DNA of 64,000 bases from Octopus vulgaris (lineage: Eukaryota): contig OX597830.1 of NCBI GenBank assembly GCA_951406725.2, forward strand, positions 55,428,001 to 55,492,000. Direction: 5' to 3'. Of the stretch, positions 13,533 to 30,215 are shown piece by piece (the stretch's first letter is position 1; each line of letters starts with the position of its first letter). Below the pieces are notes generated by a model. The model was not told where the DNA came from. It did not search any database and saw only the letters and a program-made list of their open reading frames with translations. A program made the position numbers and the translations under genes.

Positions 13533-13809
13533 TACAAACACATACACGCTTACATACATGCATGTATGTCCGTGTATAAGAATATATCTTGCTGTATATA
13601 TTCATGCATGTGTGTGTGCGTGTGTATGTATGTGTTCAGGTTTCATTGTAATTGCACGAAATGATCTCAGTTCATATGGACAAAACTTAAGTTTAGACAA
13701 ATTTAGTGTAGAACTCCCGGAGATCTACAATGAATGTTGGTGAAGACGATTTTAAGTAAACATAATATTTTTAGTCAGTAACGCATCTAAAGTGCATATG
13801 TATATGTAC

Positions 13810-13863
<54 letters not shown>

Positions 13864-13869
13864 TATATG

Positions 13870-13902
<33 letters not shown>

Positions 13903-14017
13903 TATATATATACATATATACACACACACACATATATATATGTATATATTATATGTATATATATGTATATATATTATATATATATATAGATAGATATAGA
14001 TATATAGATATATATAA

Positions 14018-14048
<31 letters not shown>

Positions 14049-14405
14049 CTACAGATAGATTTATGTATGTGTGCGTGTGTGTGTGTGCGTGTGTGTGTGT
14101 GCGCGCGTGTGTGTAAGTATATAGATGCATAGATAAATATACACAAATTTGCACTGAATTTTTAAAAAATTCCAACAGATTTCAGCAACTTGCTTAAAAA
14201 TTTTGATTGTTGTTTGTGAATTTGTCTGTATGTATGTGCCTGCGTACGAGTGTGTGTGAGCGTATGCCTACGCGCGCGCGTGTGTGTGTGTGTAAGTGTG
14301 CAGTCAGGCCTGATTCTTTTTCAAGGCATAGTCAATTTCTGTCTTTGACACAACACGTTCCGTGTTACTTTGACTACTTTGTCACTTGTTGTCTTTATGT
14401 TAACA

Positions 14406-15310
<905 letters not shown>

Positions 15311-15799
15311 AATATTCATAATAAAGTAAACGTAAATGGAATAGTTTTAACATTTAACAAGTTGCCATTGTTAGAAGTCTGTCAGACTGGAATATTCAAT
15401 AGAATACTTTTAAAGAACAGAACACACATGCACATATGGTGAATAACATAAGCCGAACTATAAACGGTACACACACACATACACACACACACACACATTC
15501 ACACACAGAATTACACTTTCACATATATACACACACAAACAAAACTTTGACATGAATAACAAAATTTTTTTAAATAAAACAAAAAAAAACAAGCAACAAC
15601 CGAAACCAAGAATCGGGCGAACAAAAAAATAAAAGAACGAAACAAGATCAAAAAATATGAAAGACAACAACAAAAAAAAAAGAATTAAACAAGCAAATTG
15701 AAAGTGAAACTAAAAGTGAAACAAAATTTAAAAATTAGAAATTAAAACGTTTTTCGTTTCAATTTGACTGTTCAGTTTTCTCTTTGTAAAATGGCAACA

Positions 15800-16495
<696 letters not shown>

Positions 16496-16719
16496 GATTA
16501 AACGACGGCATAACATTTTCCAAGAGACTGTTTGAACACACGTCTGCATAACAATGATTATTCTTAGACACTGAACTTTCGGAGAAGTGAAGTGAGGTTA
16601 AATGGTGAAATGACCAGAATATGACGGATTTCGAAGGTTTTATTTTGTTTTCACGTTTTCACATATAATGTCGCAAGGTAGCAAAACGGAGGACTCGATA
16701 TATGTTGTAATGTGATGTG

Positions 16720-16798
<79 letters not shown>

Positions 16799-16995
16799 AA
16801 TGCACACGCACACACACATATATTCATGTATATGAATTATATATGTATCAGCATGGCCGCAGTCAAATGACTGAGACAAATAAAAGAATAAAATAATATG
16901 CATACACACACAGACACACATACACACACACACACACTCACACACACACACATATATATATGTACGTATATATATATATATATATATACATACAT

Positions 16996-17028
<33 letters not shown>

Positions 17029-17063
17029 CATACACGCGCGCACACAAACAGACATATATATAT

Positions 17064-17119
<56 letters not shown>

Positions 17120-17651
17120 GCATATATACACATGATTACATATATATCTACAAACGTTCACACACAGATGCGTGCACACACACAGATACACATATTTTGT
17201 TTTACTAAATATTTTTTACATTGCAATAATATAAAAAATTAAAATGTAATTATTTAAAAAAAATAATAATACAGATAATAATAATAATTACAAATAGGAA
17301 CTAGCAAAACAATAACACTAACGATAACAATAACAACAGCAGCAACAACAAAAGCGAAATGAACTTTTTTATTTCTTTTTTCTATATGTAGTTCTGTTTC
17401 CTTTGTGACACTAACAAAATGGCTGTCTGTCTAAAATGTCAATTTTTTTTTCTTGCACACGAATTTTTGCTGTTTTCTTGGTTTTGATCTTTTTCGTTTT
17501 GTTTTACTCTTATTTGCTTTGTTTTCCTTTTTATCACTTCACTGACGGTGGAGGAGTCATAGACAGATGTTGTGGGAAGAAACATGACTTTTTAAGAATA
17601 TATGATAAATCGCACGCGCACACACGCGTACATACATATAAGTGTGTAAGC

Positions 17652-17691
<40 letters not shown>

Positions 17692-17694
17692 GAA

Positions 17695-17725
<31 letters not shown>

Positions 17726-17773
17726 TTCGTCTCGATTCGTCGGTTCGTTCCACTTCTTGTCTCCATTTAATTC

Positions 17774-17823
<50 letters not shown>

Positions 17824-18556
17824 ATATATATAAACATATATATAAACATATATATAAACATATATATAAACATATATAAATTATTGAATTGTTGTAAGAT
17901 TCGATTTAACTGGGAGTTCAACATACCTAACTGGATTGTTTGCTAATTATTCTTCCAGCTCGTCGTCTTTGTCGAGCGAATAATAATAATAATAATAAAA
18001 TGATAAATGGTGGTCAAGGAGATATATATGGTATCAAATCGTTTATAACGGTGTTACATATTCATAAATATAATAAAGAGCATCAAAAATAGTGTATGAG
18101 AATTTTTTACAGCCGTTTCGTAACTGGTTAAGGCAAAACTGTGCATTATGCAAGCAGGTATATATAATGATGCAACAAACCATAGAAAAGTGGTAGAATT
18201 GATATTAACACCGAAGAATAAAGCGTAAATACATTCAATCTATAGGCGTCACAATACTGAAGCTCTTCATTGGGAGATACATGTTATGTGTTAATATAAT
18301 TTTGTTTTTGCATTCTCGGTATGGTTTTCTTTCACCCTTAAGTGCATCTGTCCGTAGAATGCCCTTTACTACATCAACAAGTAACCGTAATTTTGAAACA
18401 TTTGAAAATATACTTTATGAAGTGTGTTTCTTCTTAATTATATTTGAGTATATGTAAAGTATTTATGAGTTGCAGCCCGATATATATTTCATCTCTCTCA
18501 TCCTCTCTTTCTCACTCTCTATTTCTTCTTCTTCTTCTTCTTCTTCTTCTTCTAAC

Positions 18557-18592
<36 letters not shown>

Positions 18593-18625
18593 CATTATTG
18601 TTGTTGTTGTTGTTGTTGTTGCTGT

Positions 18626-18661
<36 letters not shown>

Positions 18662-18698
18662 AACTACTGCTACTACTATTATTATTATCATCATTATT

Positions 18699-19312
18699 AA
18701 GGCGGCGAGCTGGCAGAAACGTTAGCACACCGGGCAAAATGCGTAGTCGTATTTCGTCTACCGTTACGTTCTGAGTTCAAATTCCGCCGAGGTTGACTTT
18801 GCCTTTCATCCTTTAAGGGTCGATAAATTAAGTACCAGTTGCGCACTGGGGTCGATATAATCGACTTAATCTGTTTGTCCGTCCTTGTTTTCCATAGCCT
18901 CTTGTGGGTAGTAAAGAAATGGGTATTTATTTCGTCCGTCTTTACGTTCTGAGTTCAAATTCCGCCGAGGGCGACTTTGTCTTTCACACTTTCTGGGTCG
19001 ATAAATTAAGTGCCAGTGCAATTCTGGGGGTCAATGTAATCAACTAGTCCTCTCCCCAAAAGGATTATTATTATTATTATTATTATTATGAAAGCGGTGA
19101 GCTGGCAGAATCGTTAGCACGTCGGCCGAAATGCTTAGCGGTATTTATTTCGTCCGTCTTTACGTTCTGAGTTCAAATTCCGCCGAGGTCGACTTTGCCA
19201 TTCATCCTTTCGAGGTCGATAAATTAAATACCAGTGAAACACTGGGGCTGATGTAATCGATTAGTTCCCTCTCACCGAATTTCAGAGCATGTACCTATAG
19301 TAATAGGGATTA
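18699..19312 (+). mobile_element. Cluster of family B SINEs (dimer plus monomer) within (ATT)n
   Basis: Three copies of the core near 18770, 18950 and 19170; heads at 18699 and ~19091. Confidence 0.85.
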
Positions 19313-19336
19313 TAATAATTATTATTATTATCATTA

Positions 19337-19710
19337 TTTTCACTTTAACACAGGTTTTATTGGAGCTCCTGGAGTCTTGCATGCGTAACGGGCTCGCTAC
19401 CTGCAGCCTACGGCATTATGATATTCGTTCTTTTCCGCTATCTAATACTTTCCTGATTATTCTAGCTGTACCAAGGAGGCAAACCTTTTGTAACAGTTCT
19501 ACTGGGCACTCTATTTGAGTTTCCTTATATTCCTCTTGATGCCGTCTGAAACTTCCCAAGGACCCAGCCATAATTGGCACTATCTTCACCTTCTTCATTT
19601 TCCATAGCCAGACTATTTCGTACTTAAGAGGGTTGTATCTGTCAATCTTTTATCCTTCCTTCTTGACTATGCGTACGTTAAAGGGGCATACAAAACCAAC
19701 TATATAGCAT
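19337..19710 (-). mobile_element. 5'-truncated R4/Dong-like non-LTR retrotransposon (endonuclease C-terminus plus 3' UTR) in (TAA)n
   Basis: PFNVRIVKKEG*KIDRYNPLKYEIVWLWKMKKVKIVPIMAGSLG...LLQKVCLLGTARIIRKVLD fits the R4-clade RLE end; the 3' UTR runs into taa repeats. Confidence 0.8.
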
Positions 19711-19716
19711 ATTATG

Positions 19717-19781
<65 letters not shown>

Positions 19782-19809
19782 CAACATCATCATCATCTGT
19801 AGTAGTTGT

Positions 19810-19841
<32 letters not shown>

Positions 19842-19842
19842 C

Positions 19843-19895
<53 letters not shown>

Positions 19896-20168
19896 GTAAA
19901 ATGGTCTGAGTCGGCTCCAGATTGTTTTAAATAATAATACACCTAACTTCTAAAAATGTGTTGAGTGCCTTTTTCTTTCGTTTGTCCATTCCTTCGTCTA
20001 TATATACATGCATGCATACATATATGGATATTTGTATGTAAGTGTATCTGTATCTGTCTATACATAGATATACATGTATACAAGTTTGCATGTGTGTGTG
20101 TGCGTGTGTGTGTGTATGTGCGTGTTTGAGTGCCTGTATAAAAATTGTATATATATGTATAAAAATTA

Positions 20169-20239
<71 letters not shown>

Positions 20240-20379
20240 ATTTATGTGTGTATGTGCAATGTACGTGTGTGAAGACATTTTTGCCCAGCAGGTCGGGCAT
20301 TCGGTACGTTCTATCCTTGAACAAAGTCCAGTTATGTAAAGTAACTTGAGGATATTTTTGTTTTATAAATTATTCTGGT

Positions 20380-21830
20380 GCAAAAAGGAAGTGACATACT
20401 ATTAATTTGAGAGAAATGTGATGTGTCACAACACCTAACACGTGATGGCAGACATCTTGATATCCATGAAAGATCGACTGTACGAAATATTATAAAACAG
20501 GCAACGGAAACAAACGAGAGGAGTTTATGAAGATCAGTTTTCTGTGATTTTCAACCACTTCAAAAATAAATCGAATAACTAATTGCGATAGAAATGGACT
20601 GTCTCCTCGCTTTATGAATTGAAAAGTCATAAAAATGTTATTTTTTTCCTAAGTTAGAATTCAACCGGAAGCTTTGAGGATATTTTAGAGCCACAGAAAA
20701 TATCGATAATCAAAGCATCACTGAAGGGACATTTAATGCAATTTGTTGGTTGGTTTAAAACGAATTAAGAATGGAATTCAGGTGTGCATAATGTACAAGT
20801 TTGTGGAGAATCAAATCAAACAGCGCTGACGAAGAAGCTGCTGAAAATGAATCTAATTTGGGGGTAGAATACAATTTAAGAAGAGGGGTACACCGAACAA
20901 TAAATATTTAACATGAACGAAACCGGATTACTTTTGGAAAAGAATTCCTTCATTAAGTTATATTTCTAAAAATGGTAAAATCTCTACCAGAATGTAAAGG
21001 TATTAGGATCGTTTGACTCTTTTATTTTGAAGAAGTGTAGACAATGGTTTCAAGTTAAGACCGCTGCTAAATATCGGTCGTCAGTTCTCTGTTTACAAAG
21101 AGCCACAATCACCGATCACTTCTAGTATTTTAGCGTTCCACTACAAAAAGAAAAAGAAAGGATGGCTGACAAAATCTCTCTTCTTAAAGATTGTTTTTTT
21201 TTCTGCATATTTTTGTATATATTTTTATTTAAGACAATACCTCTGGTCATCCAACTATACACGATCATTTGAGTAAAAGTGTATCGCTATCATTGCACCT
21301 GAGGATCTGCTATATTTGGAAAAGTTATTCATTTGGTACTTCCTCAAATAACAGGTGATATTGTAATTTCTTTGAAAAAAAATTGAAAAGACAAATTATA
21401 TCAAAAATGTGATTGAAAGTATTCACCATTTTTTGAAGAATTAAATTTAAGCAACATGCGTTCGGTTTGGAAATTTTGATTACCAGAATGTGTAAAGAAT
21501 TTCGAAGGATTTCTTTCTATAATGCCAAAGAAATAGCACAGTTTGATTTTTATGAAGTGACTGTACATACAAATGCTCGTCAAATGAAGACTTTTCTTTT
21601 TAGATGAACAAAAAGCATTCGAAGAAGCAGAAAATAATGAAGAAAATGTCAATAAGTAAACAAAAGAGGTATCCATCAAAGAATATGGAAATATATTTAG
21701 AAATGTGGAAATATTAAACGAAATGATCAATAATCTTTATCGCAGCATTGCAAGATTCATTTAAGTCCACCAATATCTTGACAAAGAATTTCTAATTTTA
21801 TAACCATATATGTATGAAGATTTAAAGAAA
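20380..21830 (+). pseudogene. Heavily decayed pogo/Tigger (CENP-B-like DDE_1) transposase
   Basis: Fragments HNVQVCGES, SADEEAAE, EEGYTEQ*IFNMNETGL, WKRIP and DRLTLLF occur in the expected order; boundaries approximate. Confidence 0.75.
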
Positions 21831-23294
21831 AAGAAGTCAGTGTAATTTATTTTGTTTAACTGGGAGTGGGGATTAAAACAATAAAGTATATATTATTTCC
21901 TAAGCATTTTTTCTTTTTTGCTACGTTCATAGTTAAAATTTGATTACATTTTCGCTTTTTTTTTGTATTGTTATAATATTTGTTAATTTTAAAATTACAT
22001 TTTCTAAAATAAAATGTAATCTATTGCATTATTCATATTGTATGTAATAAAAATAAATAGTATTTTTAAGATGATGATCTGTGGTGATAAAAAACGAAAA
22101 TACGAAACGTAAAACTGAGAATTAATTTTTGTGTACTCAGCATATTGAAGTGATTCTTCACACTTTGATTTCTTAAATCATAATTTATAATGAATCCGTA
22201 ATTTGAAAAATAATGAAAATTTTTAATTATTAATTTTGTAAATTTACTGACTAATGAACAATTTCTAATTATTTATATATTTTTTTCGTCTGAAGTAATT
22301 TGCATTGAATTTGCAAAAGCTGCGCGTTTAAAAGAAATAAGTATATTTCATCTCGTTGTTTTCTTTTCATTTGTTATTATGCTTGGGAATTCGCTTCGAC
22401 GTGTTTGATTACGATCGTCATCTCAAGAATACCCAAAATAAATTACAGAACAAATAAAATTTTATTGTTCTTTGGTGTTTAATTAAATTTAAAAACGAAA
22501 AAACTTTGAGAACTGGACACATCTTTTTTCTAAAGCCTCATGAAAATAAAAGTGTTTACCTTGACGATAACAGAGATACGTTTGTGTTATGTCGCACGTT
22601 CGGATGACCTCTACTCAGCTCTCCTCTTCTGTTCTCTCTCACCGCTACTCAACTGTTCTCTACTATGTTCTAGTCACTTCGTCTACTACTCTTCGACGTC
22701 TAGACTTCTCCCTCTATATTTACGTATTGAGCTAGCCTACTTCATCGTCTGGGGGCGTCCACACAACAGTTTATCTAAAAGTAACAATATTTTCCTTAAC
22801 AAAAATGCACCGCGTTTTCCTTGGTCAAAAGTAAACGTTTTAAATTTTTCATTCCAACTTTTGATAATTATTCAATTTTCTAATTATTTATTACAAATAA
22901 CAAACAGATCCTTTAAACAGCTTTGAATAATTTTTGAAAACCATCATTAGGAAAGTTACAACCACCACTTACACTCGAATAAATGAGGGTTTAATGATAT
23001 GCAATGAGTATCAATATCTCACAAATTTCGGGTTTTGTACAATTCTACTGTGATTCAACATGGTGACTCATTTCTGGATCAACAAAATTCAATGAATTAC
23101 TGAACGATAGGTATTAAAAACCAATTTGTATGACGTCAAGAAATCGTTTGTAATTGCTGTTACCGGTCTATCATAACGAAGATTTAAAGAAAAAGAAGTC
23201 AGTGTAATTTATTTTGTTTAACTGGGAGTGGGGATTAAAACAATAAAGTATGTATTATTTCCTAAGCATTTTTTTCTTTTTTGCTACGTTCATA
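21816..23294 (+). repeat. ~116-bp near-identical direct repeat (21816-21931 and 23178-23294)
   Basis: gaagatttaaagaaaaagaagtcagtgtaatt...gctacgttcata occurs twice. Confidence 0.9.
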
Positions 23295-25126
23295 TAGTCT
23301 ATCTGACTGTTGCACTTGTTCTAGCATCTACTGCAACCAAAAAAAACACTTCCTATAACCAACCACAAGACCTCCAAAAATAGTCCAGAACAAAACATAT
23401 ATTTTAATTATCAATGACAAATGATCTCTCATCAGCTTCTACAGTGATACTAAAACTACATATTTTAATTAAATTTTGAAAAACGTGCACCACACAGGTA
23501 ACATAGGAATAGGGTTTTTTTCAGTTTTTTTAATAGCCTCTGATACCAGTTTACATTCAAATGTTTTTAGTTTTATATTTACCATTCGTACGTCCAAAAA
23601 TACAGGGTGCGCTTAAAAAATCCTCCCACATTTTACAGGTTGACAAACTTTCAACTGCAAACGCACGCTGTCTACCGGTCCAAACCATGATAGTAACTAA
23701 AGAAAACTGTGAAATATTTCCAACAAGAAGACATTGCTTTCGAAGAAAATGTGCCTGTTCTCCTCCGACAAATATTTCTCATACGTCGCCATAAGTTTCT
23801 ATCTAAATCATTAGTGTCTTTGATGAACTTCATAATCACCCTACGACCAGGATACAGTTAAATGCAACGATGAAGCCGAAAACTTTGTTAAAAATTTATT
23901 GTATTTGCTCTTAATCAATCTCCTTTCTATTAATTATTCGATACATTTCGTTAGGTTAATAACCGTTCTTTGCTCATATTAATTATAAATATAATATCGA
24001 TGAATCCAGATGCTAAGAACGTCACAATGGATGATTTAGAGTATCTCACTGTCAAATATTAATTAATAATTTAAATTAAATACGTGAACTCTATGTATTT
24101 TCTTCCTTTTTGCAAATTTCAAATTTAAATTTCTTGAATAGTTACCTCTCTTGTATTCAGGGCAGTGTCAGTTATATTTCCTTAATTTCACTTTCTTCTA
24201 AAAGATTCGTTTCAAGATTTCATTTTCTACATTAAAAAAAAAAACTTAAACATTTTAATAATTACATTTTCTAAAGAAAATTTACCCTTTCTAGAACTCA
24301 GGGAAATACGTAAATGAATTGCGACTCATTTTATTTACTGCACATACCAATTGGATTAGAAACAATTACCATATCATGTAAGCTATGATATTCGTATAGC
24401 ACGAATTCGATTCGGGCAAAATTTTTATAGAAGTCAGTATTCGCACTAATTGAGGCTTGTGAGATTTGGCAGTATGTGTGTGTGTGTGTTAATGTATGTA
24501 TGTATATACTTGTCAGACAAATAATGTGATCTGGGACCGCGTGTTGAGACCAAGCGGAATGCAGCGTGGAAAACGCATCCTAGCTATTTGAAAACATCAC
24601 AAAGACTGTTAACATCACTTAATTTTCGTCTTTGGGTGTCGAAATTTCCTTCGCGCGAACTGCGACCCGGTCACTCCATCACGCATATAAAAATATATTA
24701 CAATATACACAAATATACAAAAATATAGATTCCAGTCATTGTTTCCAGCGGGTCGTCACTTTCTCTCACCCTCTTTCTCTCTATCATTCTATAGAGACTG
24801 TATATTTCGATGAAGAAAGGTAATTCTTACAATGAAAACCCTTCCATTTTTCTGTAGGTTTATTCCACTCTGTCCTACACATATGTATAACATACAATAA
24901 AATCATGAATTTAGAAAATTAATTCTAAATATTAGGCTTTCTTCTTCAAAAGAAATATTCGAAAAGGCTTCCCCATATTATAAGGTCCTACAGGATAGCA
25001 GCTTTATAACTGATAAAATCTTATGCAACTCCTCTCCTCCTCTATCATTTAGTTGTAAGAATAGATCTCAAGAAGTTTTATGGTTGCCCCTCCTCCTTTC
25101 TCCCTTAATGTTAGGACAAATACTAT

Positions 25127-25164
<38 letters not shown>

Positions 25165-25294
25165 AATATATATACCCTTCCCTAGAACTTATAGATACAG
25201 TAAAATATTTAACAGGCACACCATAAAAGTTACCTTTCCTTGTCCTAATGTTAAGTCGTTTATCAATATACAACGGATGACTCAAGCCTACCCC

Positions 25295-25700
25295 GGAAGC
25301 GCATGTAGAGACAAATTTAAATGTCCTCTTGTACAGGAGTGCGACATATCTTCCGTTGTTTATGTAAGACAGGTTTCAGCGAACTACGACAATGGTCGCA
25401 CAAATACCAAACGCTATATGGGAGCCGTGGAAGAGAAATTTTAATCTAGATATAACAACCATCTTTTGAATTTTAAGTACCCACCATGAGAAACATTCAA
25501 CTACCCTTTCTGGAAACTTAAAGACGAAGAGACCAATTTCGACATCAAATGGAAAATCCTCTCCAAATCCAGACCCTGTGTTAACGGGTCCCAAAATGTT
25601 CAGTGTGTTCTCTTGAAAAACTGTATTTATAAAAAAAAAAACTTGAGAACTTGTCTCTATGTCTGCATTTCAGGAAATACATCCTGTCGAAATTTAAAAG
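25295..25700 (+). pseudogene. Penelope-like GIY-YIG endonuclease relic
   Basis: CRDKFKCPLVQECDISSVVY...KRYMGAVEEKF*SRYNNH...WKLKDEETNFDIKWKILSKSRP...CSVCSLEK. Confidence 0.8.
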
Positions 25701-25980
25701 TAGACGTCTGGACAATTAGTAAAATATTAACATCTGGTTTACGTCTGTTTCACATCAAATTGTTGTAACGTTGGTTATCTCCCTTGAGTTTTTCTTTTTT
25801 TGTCTTCTTTACAAGCATCTCTTGTTTAAACGTTATCTGCTCAAAAGACAACGGTCTTATTTTCATCTTGATAAACGGCAGAATAAATTATTATTTCGAC
25901 CAAGAAACCCTGGGTAGCTGTACTAACAAGACTTACGTTTATTTTTTTATTTCAAGATTATCTTTACTCTCTTAGCTTAC

Positions 25981-26223
25981 AAAAGTCTCTGTTGCAGCTG
26001 TCCATGTCACGTCTTACATCATCTACAGTGTTCACAGAGGGCCGAGAAGCAGTCATGATGTCGGTATTTTGGTACCAGGCGCTAATCACCAGGACACAGG
26101 TAAGGCTTTCCCAATATAGAAATGGCTTCCAGTCCTCAATGTCCGCTAATATTTTCTCCAATACAACTTTAATATTCATGCTCGCCAACGCCATTGAATG
26201 TTCACCAATACATGAAGCTGTTC
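25981..26223 (-). CDS. Candidate internal coding exon (243 nt, phase 1-1) of an unidentified host gene
   Basis: Acceptor tttttgtgtttctctttttaag|G, donor TTTT|gtaagc, open frame [80 protein letters not shown]; no partner exon found. Confidence 0.4.
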
Positions 26224-26272
26224 CTTAAAAAGAGAAACACAAAAAGTCGTCAAATTTAGCTTGAACAACCTG

Positions 26273-26304
<32 letters not shown>

Positions 26305-26555
26305 CACACACATAAGTATACATACACCTCTATCTCTTTATGTGTCTATGTATTTAATTATCAAACTATCTATCTATTTATCTATCTCTTTTCAGCATAT
26401 AGGCATGGCTTCTTCGATGCCCTTAATTAAAATTGTATTTTATACTTTTATAGATCACTATATACGTATATATACATATATACACACACACACATATATA
26501 TATACATATATATATACATATATATACTTTTTATCCAGATCTCAACATGTGGGTA

Positions 26556-26591
<36 letters not shown>

Positions 26592-26617
26592 TGTATGTAT
26601 GTATGTATGTGTGCGTG

Positions 26618-26655
<38 letters not shown>

Positions 26656-26897
26656 GATACGTGTGTGTATAGTATTTCGTTTAAAATTCATCATTCCAGG
26701 TCTGGTGTTACAGTAACTGCTAAAATGACACCGTTAAAGCATTCTGTATAAATTTTACTTTGCATACACATATTACATACATACATACACATGTGTGTGT
26801 GTTCTAAATATATGCATATATGTTTGTATACAAATATGCGTATATTAAACATCCATATATGTGCGCGTATGTATGTATACATATACATATATATGTG

Positions 26898-26944
<47 letters not shown>

Positions 26945-27260
26945 GTGGGTATATATATATATATATATATACATGTGGGTATATATATATAAACACATAA
27001 ATCCACACACAGATATAAGCAACTGGGAGAGTTACAGCTACATACTTGTAGATGACTAAAATCAACGAGTACTTTTTATCCAGATCTCAACACGTCTTGA
27101 ACAGAATACAACATGTGGAGATTCTAATATCATACAGTACCGTATATTAATGTGTATATATATTCGTGCATGCATGTGTGTGTGTATGTTTGTGTATGTG
27201 TGTGTGTATTTACATATATACACACATAAATTTTTCTTCGCTCTTGCAGTGTCTTATACA

Positions 27261-27329
<69 letters not shown>

Positions 27330-27616
27330 CTGTTGTTGTTGTTGTCGTTGCCATTTTCATTGTGATTTATTTTGCATATAAGGGGTTGTAAATAAGGTAA
27401 AAAATATATTGTAAGAGCAAACCATCAGTTTGACATAAATCCATCATTGTGGTAGAATTGGTCTCTATTGATATATAGCATCAGGTTTACCGAAAACGCT
27501 CATTCACATGCACACACATACACACATGAACAAATGTACACACATATCTATTTATGTTATCTCTCAATTTATATCTCTCCCTCTCTCTCTCTCTATATAT
27601 ATATATACATCTGTTA

Positions 27617-27647
<31 letters not shown>

Positions 27648-27843
27648 TATGCATGCATGCGTGTATGTATGCATGTAGGTGTGTATATATGGGTAAATGT
27701 GTATATATATATGTGTGTGTGTGTATGTATATATTATATATTGATGATTGGCGGTAAAAGTGGAAAATGGCAATATACGCACAAACATAATATATTCAAT
27801 TCAATATACATTGATATATATGTGCTTATACATGCATAGTTAT

Positions 27844-27983
<140 letters not shown>

Positions 27984-29296
27984 CCATCGATTCATGAGTT
28001 CTTCAAACTAACCAAATATTCGATAATTTAAATATTTCCTTAATTCGTTTTTCGCACATTTCTTATCCATTTTCTCTTATTATATATATTTATATATTTA
28101 TTTACTCAAAGTTTCTGGAGGTTTATCTGGTAGGAGTAGGGATAAGGGCGGGGGCGCTATGCAAATTTTTTTTTTACTCATTAATTTTTATTTACATATT
28201 TAGTTTAGTCCATTTGCCTCCCTTCGTTTCGTTTCGAATTTTTTCTTTAAAAGAAAAAAGATTCATATTTGGAGAAAATTTTTCCCATATTTTTTTATTG
28301 TCTCTTGTTGGGAATTTAAATTTTTTTGTTTTTTTTTTAGTTTTGTGACAAGGGTCTCGTTTTTTATTTATTCATTTATTTATTTTCGGTTTTCTTCTTC
28401 AGAAAATGACTCAAGAAAGAAGAAATACAAAATGTGAGGAAAAAAAGAAAGAAAATGAAGGACGCACAGAATGAAAGAACAAAAGAAAAGAAAAGAAAGA
28501 AAGAATGGGCGAGTGAGTGAGAGAATCGATAGATGAATGAGTCAATAAATAAATGAAGGGTTGAACGAAAGAATATGAACGATGTAGAAAAGCAGAATGA
28601 AAACAGACAACAGATAAACAAAGAATGAGTGAACAAAAGAAACAAACAAACAAACAAAAATGAATACGTGAAAGAAAGTAAACATGAATAAGTGAAAAAA
28701 AAATAATGAAAGAAAAAGAGGATTGAAAATCAGAAAAGAAGAAAAATGAAGAAAAAAAGAAGATAGCAAGAAAGAAAGAATATAGCAAAGAGTCGCAGAA
28801 CATAACCACCCTGAATGGATCCAGTTCTGTAAATAAACTGAGAAAAGTGTCATTAAACTTAGAACTTCATAATTATATTTAGAAGTATATGGCGAAAGAG
28901 AGAGGGGAATATGAGCCCCTCCACCACCAAGTCTATCCTAGCTCCGCTTATATCGATAATTATTGAATATTTATGAATAAAGTATTTTCCAAAATCGATA
29001 AGATTTATCTGGTTTTCACACAAACATTTCTGTTAATTTACAATCACGTTCGTGTTCAAACAACTTTTAGGTAACTTCTTCTACGTTTTAAACGCGCAGG
29101 TAAACACCCACCCACACCTACCCAAATCATTTTATGCATACATATTTGTATGTGTATATATATATACACACACATACACACATACATGCATATGTGCCTA
29201 CCTGTCTTTCTGTGTACGTATGTAGAGAAAGCAGTTGAAATAATAATTCACTCAAATTTACATGGTCTTCATGTATATATATATATATATATATAC

Positions 29297-29503
29297 TTTT
29301 ATTTTTATTTGTTTCAGTCAGTTGACGGTGGCCACGCTGTAGCACCGCCTTTAGTCGAAAAAATCACCCCCAGGACTTATTCATTGTAAGCCTAGTACTT
29401 ATTCTATCGTTCACTTTTGCCGAATCGCTAAGTTACGGAGACGTACACCAGCTTCGGTTGTCAAGCGATGTTGGGAGCACAGACACAGACAGACAGACAG
29501 ACA

Positions 29504-29575
<72 letters not shown>

Positions 29576-29830
29576 CGACGGGCTTCTTTCAGTTTCCGTT
29601 TGTGTGTGTGTGCGTGTGTGTAAAAATAATAATATATCACACAACACATTTTTATATATGTATGCATATATGACTCAGACACAAACAGACAGACACATAC
29701 ACACACATATATACATATATACAACGGGCTTCTTTCAGTTTCCGTCTACCAAATCCACTCACAAGGCTTTGGTCGTCCCAAGGCTATAGTAGAAGACACT
29801 TGTCCAAGGTGTCACGCAGTGGGACTGAAC
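29297..29830 (-). mobile_element. SINE family A with duplicated internal segment
   Basis: acgggcttctttcagtttccgt occurs twice around microsatellite; otherwise matches 53030-53425. Confidence 0.85.
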
Positions 29831-30215
29831 ACTAGACACATACACGACACACAACATACACAATACACACATTCATATCTACTCGCACACGCACACACAC
29901 TCACACATAGAAACTCTACCAACTAGAAAAAAATGATAGAAGTTGTATTGGAATAAAACTTTGGTCTATTTCATATTTCATTTCAAACAGGAAAACTTTA
30001 AACATACAAAATTTTGACGATGAGTAAAAGATACATGGCAGCGTTAGGTGACAAAAGCAGTTGCTTTTTTCCCTCGACGCTGTTTTACACAGGTGCAAAG
30101 TAGGAAGGCGATAAGTATCATGTGCATCGTCAAATTCACAGAGGCCTGCGTTGTGCCGTTCAAGCAACAATCAGTGGTAGTCATCTCTAATATGTAGAAT
30201 CTACGTATTAGATCT

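Noticed and set aside
20822-20855. CTGACGA...GAAA hammerhead-like string
   Set aside because: Lies within the pogo SADEEAAE codons, and stems I and III do not form.
22540-22926. 128-aa ORF or solo LTR
   Set aside because: Low-complexity CT-rich translation; no TG...CA boundaries with a TSD could be defined.
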